Origin: Myxococcota bacterium
GTDB taxonomy: Bacteria; Myxococcota_A; UBA796; GCA-2862545
Length of the DNA stretch: 33,746 bases
Direction: 5' to 3'
Assembly: GCA_039208735.1 (NCBI GenBank)
Contig: JBCCQY010000102.1
Coordinates: 1-33,746 of the forward strand
Translations under genes and position numbers: made by a program
The notes under the pieces: model-generated
What the model was told of the DNA's origin: nothing
Database searches by the model: none
What the model saw: only the letters and a program-made list of their open reading frames with translations
Shown: piece by piece, positions 27,635 to 33,746 of the stretch
How the letters are laid out: each line of letters starts with the position of its first letter
Numbering within the stretch: position 1 is the first letter of the stretch

Positions 27635-29053
27635 GTGGAGGGCTTTACCGATACCGGCGGGCTGTTCGCGGTGGCCGGCCATCGCGAAGCGGTGCACCTC
27701 ACCTATTTAGGGCTGCACGCGCAACAACACCGAGGCACGGATGGCGTAGGTCTCGCGGCTTCGGACGGCTCGCTCCTCCGGCTGCGACATGCGGAAGGGT
27801 TCGTGGCCCAGGCGCTCGACGGCGCCTCGCTCCAACTCCTCCCGGGCCAGGTCGCCATGGGGGTCGTGTACGGCTCGGACACGGCCGCGCTACCCGCGCC
27901 GACCCTCGAGATTCCTGGGTCCAGCCGAGGCGATCAACTGGTCTTCGGCCGCCTGTCCACGGGTCAGGTGGCGTGCGCGATCAGTGGTCATTTCACGAAT
28001 GGCGCCCGGTTGCGCCGCGAACTGACCGCGAATGGCGCGCTCTTCCAGACCCCGTCCGATGCCGAGCTGCTGCTGCATTTGCTCGCTCAGTCCACGCAGC
28101 GCACCTTCGTCAATCGCCTCGTCGATGCGTTGTGGAAGGTCCAAGGGGCCTACAGCCTCATCGTGATGACCGAAGAGCACCTCGTTGCCGTCCGCGATCC
28201 TTCCGGGTTCCGACCGCTCTCGCTCGGACGACTCGGCGATGCCATGGTCGTGGCGACCGAAGACAGCGCCATTCGCTTTGTCGGTGGCGAGGTGCGTCGC
28301 GACATTCGAGCCGGCGAGATGGTGGTGTTCGATGGCCGCATGCAGCAGGGGGTTCGTCCTTTCTCCCCTGCAGAACTCCATCCGTGCGTCCACGAGTATG
28401 TGAGCCTGGCAAGGCCCGACGCACAGGTCTTCGGACGTGCCGTACACCCCATTCAGGTCGCCCTCGGGGAACGGCTCGCGAACGAAGCACCCTGCGTTCA
28501 GGCCGACGTCATCATCCCGGTGCCCGGCGCAGAAGCCCACGGCCACGGGTTCGCCAAGGCGATGGAGCGCCCATTGCTCGATGGCATCCTTCGCGATCCG
28601 TTCACCGTGCTGCACCTCGAAGAACCGCCGGCAGGCCTGCCTCATTTCGGTACGCGGGCCCACTTCCGACCGATCCCGGCTGCGGTTCAGGGCCAAATCG
28701 TCTGCCTTGTCGCTCCGTCGCTCACCACGGGTCACGTGCTGCGCAAAGCGATCGCCTTGTTGCAGGAAGCAGGAGCCAAGGAGGTCCACCTGCGGATCGC
28801 CTCCCCCCAAATCCGGGCCGCCTGTCCCTACGGCGTCGCCTCCCCGGCCGCCGAGCAACTCGCGACGGAGCACGAAGGCGATCCTGCGGCGTGGCTTGGC
28901 GCGGCCACGGTGGCATGGCTTTCGCTGATCGCACTGCAGCAAGTCGCCGCCGGCACCACTCCCGGCGATGGGCGCTGCGACGCCTGCTTCTCGGGCAAGG
29001 TGCCTCTCGTGTACGAAGAAACCGACGACCAGCTACCTCTGTTCGACGCTTGA
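27635..29053 (+). CDS. purF: Amidophosphoribosyltransferase (PurF)-like protein with degenerate active sites
   Basis: Full-length PurF layout (YLGLHAQQHRG, GAYSL, RDPSGFRPL, CVHEYV.LARPD, AGAKEVHLRIASP, CDACFSG), but the Ntn Cys is Gly and VDDS is VAPS. Confidence 0.85.
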   Translation: MEGFTDTGGLFAVAGHREAVHLTYLGLHAQQHRGTDGVGLAASDGSLLRLRHAEGFVAQALDGASLQLLPGQVAMGVVYGSDTAALPAPTLEIPGSSRGDQLVFGRLSTGQVACAISGHFTNGARLRRELTANGALFQTPSDAELLLHLLAQSTQRTFVNRLVDALWKVQGAYSLIVMTEEHLVAVRDPSGFRPLSLGRLGDAMVVATEDSAIRFVGGEVRRDIRAGEMVVFDGRMQQGVRPFSPAELHPCVHEYVSLARPDAQVFGRAVHPIQVALGERLANEAPCVQADVIIPVPGAEAHGHGFAKAMERPLLDGILRDPFTVLHLEEPPAGLPHFGTRAHFRPIPAAVQGQIVCLVAPSLTTGHVLRKAIALLQEAGAKEVHLRIASPQIRAACPYGVASPAAEQLATEHEGDPAAWLGAATVAWLSLIALQQVAAGTTPGDGRCDACFSGKVPLVYEETDDQLPLFDA

Positions 29054-29060
29054 CGTTCAT

Positions 29061-29081
29061 GGACACCCCGCAAGGGGGTCC
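29061..29081 (+). other. GNRA-capped hairpin after the purF-like stop (possible terminator or processing site)
   Basis: GGAC-A-CCCC-GCAA-GGGG-GTCC; no U-tract, so not a classic intrinsic terminator. Confidence 0.35.
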
Positions 29082-29099
29082 TTCGGGTACGATCGAGGC

Positions 29100-29690
29100 A
29101 TGGAAAAGACCGTCCCGTCGCATGTGATGCCCATGGCCAAGCCATCGAGCGCCTCCACCGAGGCGCTGGCTGCGACCCCTGATGAACTCGATTTCTTCTT
29201 TGCTGGCCGGTTCGCCCCCGTCGATATCGAACACGCGGAACCCATGCGCTGCGCAGATTGCGGCCACATCACCCCTTCGGTCGATCTGCTGTTCACCGAG
29301 CGCGGGTCGGTGTGCCTGTCGTGCCACGGCGAAAACGAGGTCGCCTACGTCGATCTCTCACCCTGGCGCCATGCCGTCCCCACCTTGCTGATGATCGTAG
29401 GCCTTGCGTTCGTGGCGGTGACGCTGCCCCAGGTCGCCCAGATCGTGCTGTCGCTTGGGCCAACCGGCGCCATCGCATGGGCGGTGATGAACCTGCTGCC
29501 AGCCTCCTTCGGAGTGTTCCTGGTGATCGCCGCCATGCGATTGCTGCGCGATGCCTGGACGAATCCCCTCGACGAGGAACTCCCTCGCTGGGCCTCGGCG
29601 TTGCGCATGGCCATGGGCATGGGGGCGCTCCTCGCCAGCGCGCTTTGCACCCTGGCCTTCCCGGTGATGGCGCTCTGGCCCTTCGTCTAG
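29100..29690 (+). CDS. Hypothetical membrane protein with an N-terminal CxxC...CxxC zinc ribbon and 3 TM helices
   Basis: CADCG...CLSCH followed by three hydrophobic helices; start uncertain (29100-29133). Confidence 0.65.
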   Translation: MEKTVPSHVMPMAKPSSASTEALAATPDELDFFFAGRFAPVDIEHAEPMRCADCGHITPSVDLLFTERGSVCLSCHGENEVAYVDLSPWRHAVPTLLMIVGLAFVAVTLPQVAQIVLSLGPTGAIAWAVMNLLPASFGVFLVIAAMRLLRDAWTNPLDEELPRWASALRMAMGMGALLASALCTLAFPVMALWPFV

Positions 29691-29696
29691 CGAGCC

Positions 29697-30995
29697 TCAC
29701 TGCGTGCGAACGCTTTCCTCGACGACCTGCACGGGAATGGGCCCGTCATGATCGTCTTCTTCGCCTTCGAGCGAGGCCAGCTCCTCGGGGGTTTGAGCGA
29801 TCAATCGCAGTAATGATGGGTGAACGACAGGAATGCGGTGAAGGTCTTCCACATACAGCCGGCACAACGCATCGGCGACTTCGACGGCGCGAAGGGTATC
29901 ACCAGCGCTGGTTCGCCCTCGACCGCCCCGCAACGCAAGGGAACGCATGCGCCATTGATGGGCCGCCCCGGCGTCCGTGGCGCCTGGATAGTCGACCGAC
30001 GGGACGTCGACGCCAGCCCAGCGCAGTCGCTCCACCAACGCCGGCCCCGTGGATCGCAAATGCCGTGAGAACAGGCCGCCTTCACGCACCACAGCCTGAA
30101 GCGGGAACTTGCCTGGATCGGCCAATGCCAAGACGAACACAGGGCCCTTGAGACGGTCTCCCCGCATCGCCAAGAACGCGTGCATCCCGTTCTGGTAGGC
30201 GTAGCTACAGCCGCTGAAGACCATCCACACGTCCACATCGGGGGGCGGATCGACGCGGTAGCGGCGTAGGAGTTCGAGCAACGCCGCACAACCACTGCCG
30301 CCACCCACCGCCTTCGATTTTCGGCGGTGGGCGATGCTCCCGATGAGCACCGTTGCGGCCAATACGAGCAGGGCAATCGCATACATCCCAACCGTGGGAC
30401 GTCCCCACGGCTCGGCCAAGGCGCGCATCGCAAGCAGCACCGTGACACTGGCCCCTGCGAACACGACCGAGCGCAGCGGCCGTTTGAGCCACCGCGGGCG
30501 AAGCGGCTTCCACCTGGGCCGATCCAGCGGCGCCGTGATCACCAAGGTACCTACAGGGTTCTCAACCTCGCGGCGCCACACCAGATTGTACGACGCGGAC
30601 TTGAGCAGAAACCGCCGGACGACGCTGAACCGTTCGGACCCCTCGAGGACCAGCGAGAACGTGACGAGCCCGCAGGCAACCGCTGCAAACATCGGGTAGG
30701 TCCAACCGATCATGCCAATGAGGAGCAGGGCCAACGCGTGTAGCCCCGTGACCATCGAGGGGGACGTGTAGGCGACAAAGCCCTCGATTCGCGTCTTTTC
30801 TTCCTCGGGGACCCGGCTGCGAACGCGAGACAGCATCTCGCGTTCCCCTTCGGTTCCGGCATAACGGTGGGCTACCCCCGAGAGCGCTCGTAGGTCGTCC
30901 TCAATGCGGTCTTCCGGCGACAAGGGGCCCTCCGTTGTCCGAATACCCCGCCAGAGGCTTGCCGGTTTGCGAGCGGTGCTTTTATGTTGGGGCAA
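29697..30995 (-). CDS. Membrane-inserted M28 peptidase-like protein lacking metal ligands
   Basis: HRYAGTEGE, SYNL, SGCAALLELL, VWMVFSG and TDA reproduce the M28 scaffold; about 4 TM helices. Confidence 0.7.
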   Translation of the reverse strand: MPQHKSTARKPASLWRGIRTTEGPLSPEDRIEDDLRALSGVAHRYAGTEGEREMLSRVRSRVPEEEKTRIEGFVAYTSPSMVTGLHALALLLIGMIGWTYPMFAAVACGLVTFSLVLEGSERFSVVRRFLLKSASYNLVWRREVENPVGTLVITAPLDRPRWKPLRPRWLKRPLRSVVFAGASVTVLLAMRALAEPWGRPTVGMYAIALLVLAATVLIGSIAHRRKSKAVGGGSGCAALLELLRRYRVDPPPDVDVWMVFSGCSYAYQNGMHAFLAMRGDRLKGPVFVLALADPGKFPLQAVVREGGLFSRHLRSTGPALVERLRWAGVDVPSVDYPGATDAGAAHQWRMRSLALRGGRGRTSAGDTLRAVEVADALCRLYVEDLHRIPVVHPSLLRLIAQTPEELASLEGEEDDHDGPIPVQVVEESVRTQ

Positions 30996-31033
30996 CGACT
31001 ACGGCAGGGCCCCTGGTCAGCCGATGGGGTGGT

Positions 31034-31795
31034 ATGCGCTTTCGAGGACAGGAGTACACCGGCCGGGGGGTGCGAGTCGCGATCATCGACTCGGGCATTG
31101 ACCCTGGTGATCCCCGGCTAGAAGGCGTGCAAGTCGAGGGCTGGTCCATCAAACTCGAGGCGACCGGGCACGCGGCGCTCTCGAACGACTTCCATGACCA
31201 AAACGGTCACGGCACCGAGATTGCAGCGGCGGTCCATAAGATTGCTCCCGACGCTACGCTCGTCGGCATCAAAATCATGGGCGAACGTCTGCGCACGTCG
31301 GCGGAACTGATGGCGGCGGGCATCGAGACGTCAGCCCAAAATGGGTGTCAAGTCATCAACTTGTCTCTTGGTACGCCCAACATGGGCAAAGCCCTGTTGC
31401 TGCGCGAGTGTGTCGCCAACGCGGTCGACCAAGGCAGCGTGGTGCTTGCCGCGGCGCATCCGAAGGGCGACCGGGCCTACCCCGCAGATCTCCCCGAAAC
31501 GGTCGGCGTCGCCGCGCACCCGGACTGTCCGCTCGACAAGTCCTACTACTTCAATCCGAAGCGCTTCCCCCGAAAGGAATGGGGCGTGCTTTCCGACAAG
31601 TTCCTCACTCATGGCTACGGGATCAGCCCCGACGGTCAGGTCGGGCGCTATCGCGGTTCGGGAATGGCCACGGCGTACCTTTCGGGCACCGCAGCGTGCC
31701 TTGCCGAAGCCATGCCCCGCCGCGAGGTCTCCAACATCTTGCAGCACCTCAAGCGCCTCGCCCTCGTGCCCATCCCGGAGATGGGGTACAGCTAA
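31034..31795 (+). CDS. Small S8 subtilase-like protein without signal or propeptide; nucleophile motif altered
   Basis: TGRGVRVAIIDSGID, GHGT, VINLSLG, YPA...VGV and GSGMAT. Confidence 0.82.
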   Translation: MRFRGQEYTGRGVRVAIIDSGIDPGDPRLEGVQVEGWSIKLEATGHAALSNDFHDQNGHGTEIAAAVHKIAPDATLVGIKIMGERLRTSAELMAAGIETSAQNGCQVINLSLGTPNMGKALLLRECVANAVDQGSVVLAAAHPKGDRAYPADLPETVGVAAHPDCPLDKSYYFNPKRFPRKEWGVLSDKFLTHGYGISPDGQVGRYRGSGMATAYLSGTAACLAEAMPRREVSNILQHLKRLALVPIPEMGYS

Positions 31796-31799
31796 GTCC

Positions 31800-32657
31800 G
31801 TGATCGTCGGACGCCTTGCTCCAACCCCCAGCGGGCATCTGCACCTCGGAAACGTCTGCGCGTTCGGCGCAGCCTGGCTCTCGGTGCGCGCCCGCGGAGG
31901 GGAGCTGCTCCTGCGCATCGAAGACGTCGACCGTGAGCGGTCGCGCGCCGACATCGCAGCGAGCCAACGGGATGATCTGCGCTGGCTCGGTTTGCATTGG
32001 GACCGTGAAGTACCGCCTCAGCGGGACCGCGACTACCGGCCCTGGCTCGAGCGGCTTGAAGCCTCCGGCCACCTGTATTGGTGCACATGCACCCGCAAGG
32101 ACCTGCGTGCCACCGGAGGACGCTACCCGGGGACCTGCCGGAATGCGGGCCATCGCCAGGGTGCACTGCGGTTTCGGCTTCCCGATGGCCCCGTCACCTT
32201 CCACGACCGACGATTTGGGCCGCGTGAGGTGGACCCTCATCAGTTTGGAGATCCCGTCCTCCAACGCCGGGACGGTCGCTTCGCGTACAATCTGGCCGTG
32301 GTGGTCGACGATCTCACCGATGGCGTCACCGAGGTCGTCCGAGGCGCGGACCTGCTCGACTACACCGCCGTCCAGCTCCGGCTGTGGGAAGCGTTCGGCG
32401 CCACCCCACCATCGTACCTGCACGCCCCCTTGGTGACGGACGCAGACTGGAAGAAGCTTTCGAAGTCGCACGGCGCCACGGAAGTGCGATCCCTACGTGC
32501 AAACGGCGTGACCGCTGAACAGATCTGGCGGCTGGTGCTGCCTTGGTTGGGTGTCGAAGCAGACGGTCTGGCCGCGGCGTCCGCTCAATTCGACGCAAGC
32601 CGCGGGCCCCAGGGACCCATCGTCCTTACCAATCCAGGATCGCCGTTCCCCACGTAA
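31800..32657 (+). CDS. gluQ: Glutamyl-Q tRNA(Asp) synthetase
   Basis: RLAPTPSGHLHLGN, LRIEDVD, CTCTR...YPGTC, YNLAVVVDD, VVRGADLL and KLSKS; no anticodon domain. Confidence 0.92.
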   Translation: MIVGRLAPTPSGHLHLGNVCAFGAAWLSVRARGGELLLRIEDVDRERSRADIAASQRDDLRWLGLHWDREVPPQRDRDYRPWLERLEASGHLYWCTCTRKDLRATGGRYPGTCRNAGHRQGALRFRLPDGPVTFHDRRFGPREVDPHQFGDPVLQRRDGRFAYNLAVVVDDLTDGVTEVVRGADLLDYTAVQLRLWEAFGATPPSYLHAPLVTDADWKKLSKSHGATEVRSLRANGVTAEQIWRLVLPWLGVEADGLAAASAQFDASRGPQGPIVLTNPGSPFPT

Positions 32658-33651
32658 AGCCAGAGCCGAAGCCCGTACAAGCGACCTTGCTGCCGCGCGT
32701 GATCCGGCCGGTTCGGTTGGCCTCATCGAGAAGCAGCGGAATCGTCGCTGCGGTCGTATTGCCGAACCGATGGATATTGTGAATGAGCTTTTCTTCGGGA
32801 ATGCCCATCACTTCTGCCACCTTCTGATTGATGCGCATGTTGGCCTGGTGGAAACAGAAAAGATCGATGTCCGAAAGTTCGATCTTCTGATCCCAGAGCG
32901 CCGACATGAGCGATGTCACCATGCGCTCGACAGCGTTCTTGAACACATAGCGGCCTTCCATATAGGCCCATTGGAAGTCGGGTGGAGATTGCCCGACCCC
33001 TTCTTCGTTCTGCGGCATGAACGGCCGCTGGGTCATGTCCCAGACCTTCTGGCAGAGCTTATCGGCGTACTGCCCGTCAGAGCCGAGGTACCACCCGCGC
33101 AGTCCCCGATCTTCGTCGGTGGCAGACACCACCACGGCCGCGGCGCCGTCGCCAAACAACGACGAGACGGTCCGGCCCCGGGTCGTCAAATCAAGGGCCG
33201 CAGAGTGGGTTTCTGCGCCGACCAGCAGGACATTCTTGACCATTCCACTTTGGACCATCGACCCCGCTGCAGCGAGCCCATAGAGAAACCCAGAACATTG
33301 ATTGCGAATGTCCATGGCCGGGATGAACCGCTTCATCTCGCTGTAGCCGAGCTTGTCCATGAGGTAGACGCCATCACCGGGAAACGCGTGTTTTGGCGAA
33401 AGCGTACAAAAAACAATCATATCGATGTCGTTCTTGGTGAGTCCTGCGCTCTCAAGCGCATTCTCGCAGGCAGGCACGGCCAAATCGGCCGAGCACCAAC
33501 CTTCGGGAGCAAACCGACGCTCTTCGATGCCCGTCCGCTGCACGATCCACTCGTGGGTGGTATCGATGCCGTACTGCTCCCGAAGGTCATTGTTGGTGAC
33601 CACATTCTCGGGCACGTAGCTTCCGGTCCCTGACAGGTAGGCGTTGGGCAA
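32626..33651 (-). CDS. fabH: 3-oxoacyl-ACP synthase III
   Basis: WIVQRTGIEERR, NQCSGF (Cys), FGDGA, FHQAN (His), GNT (Asn) and GFGSGFTWG; AGGAG before the TTG start. Confidence 0.93.
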   Translation of the reverse strand: MPNAYLSGTGSYVPENVVTNNDLREQYGIDTTHEWIVQRTGIEERRFAPEGWCSADLAVPACENALESAGLTKNDIDMIVFCTLSPKHAFPGDGVYLMDKLGYSEMKRFIPAMDIRNQCSGFLYGLAAAGSMVQSGMVKNVLLVGAETHSAALDLTTRGRTVSSLFGDGAAAVVVSATDEDRGLRGWYLGSDGQYADKLCQKVWDMTQRPFMPQNEEGVGQSPPDFQWAYMEGRYVFKNAVERMVTSLMSALWDQKIELSDIDLFCFHQANMRINQKVAEVMGIPEEKLIHNIHRFGNTTAATIPLLLDEANRTGRITRGSKVACTGFGSGFTWGTAILDW

Positions 33652-33728
33652 GGTCGCTCCTGGGCTGCATGTCCCGACACTCTATTCGAAGCGATCGGGT
33701 TTACGACCGTAAGAATCCAGGACTCACC

Positions 33729-33746
33729 ATGATTCGGCTCACCATC
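33729..33746 (+). CDS. Possible start of the next gene (MIRLTI...), truncated by the window edge
   Basis: AGGA 6 bp before an ATG, divergent from fabH; only 6 codons are visible. Confidence 0.3.

Noticed and set aside
27635..29053. Calling the purF-like gene a conventional pseudogene or a mis-started ORF
   Set aside because: There is no frameshift or internal stop, it is full length, and the N-terminus aligns in register with the usual propeptide-Cys region, so the Cys is substituted rather than missed.
32551..33633. Long antisense and alternate-frame ORFs (also 1042-2109, 10157-11491, 21726-22955, 27890-28942, 27973-29127)
   Set aside because: They overlap well-supported genes, are Arg/Pro/Gly-rich with no motifs, and are expected shadows of high-GC codon usage.
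1..33746. tRNA, rRNA, IS elements, prophage or integrase
   Set aside because: No such motifs were seen; intergenic gaps are all under about 150 bp and no transposase or phage-like ORF was recognised.

Overview
GC-rich bacterial chromosomal segment, densely coding (about 31 CDS). A MYXO-CTERM-like anchor, MopE-type Cys/Asp repeats and a TIGR02996-like domain suggest a Myxococcota/deltaproteobacterial origin (inference). Housekeeping genes include a class A PBP, a DEAD-box helicase, LOG, pepP, feoAB, epmB/efp/epmA, fabG, purC, gluQ and fabH. Accessory genes include a WYL regulator with divergent DJ-1/PfpI, an SDR-LLM-ALDH8A1-like trio, a surface protein, an amidase, a TIR membrane protein and a prokaryotic RING membrane protein. 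I saw no rRNA, tRNA, CRISPR array, transposase or integrase. The most striking signal is a set of intact, full-length ORFs whose catalytic residues are replaced. A PurF-like protein directly after purC has lost both the Ntn cysteine and the PRPP-binding Asp-Asp but keeps all four [4Fe-4S] cysteines. Nearby are an M28-like membrane protein lacking its metal ligands, a subtilase with Gly at the nucleophile position, and a TIGR02996-PP2C fusion lacking the metal-binding aspartates. Also notable are a TIR-2TM-TIR protein, two clean operator palindromes (WYL-type and Fur-type) and unusually short, uncharged export signals. All family calls come from motif recognition by eye; no database search was run.
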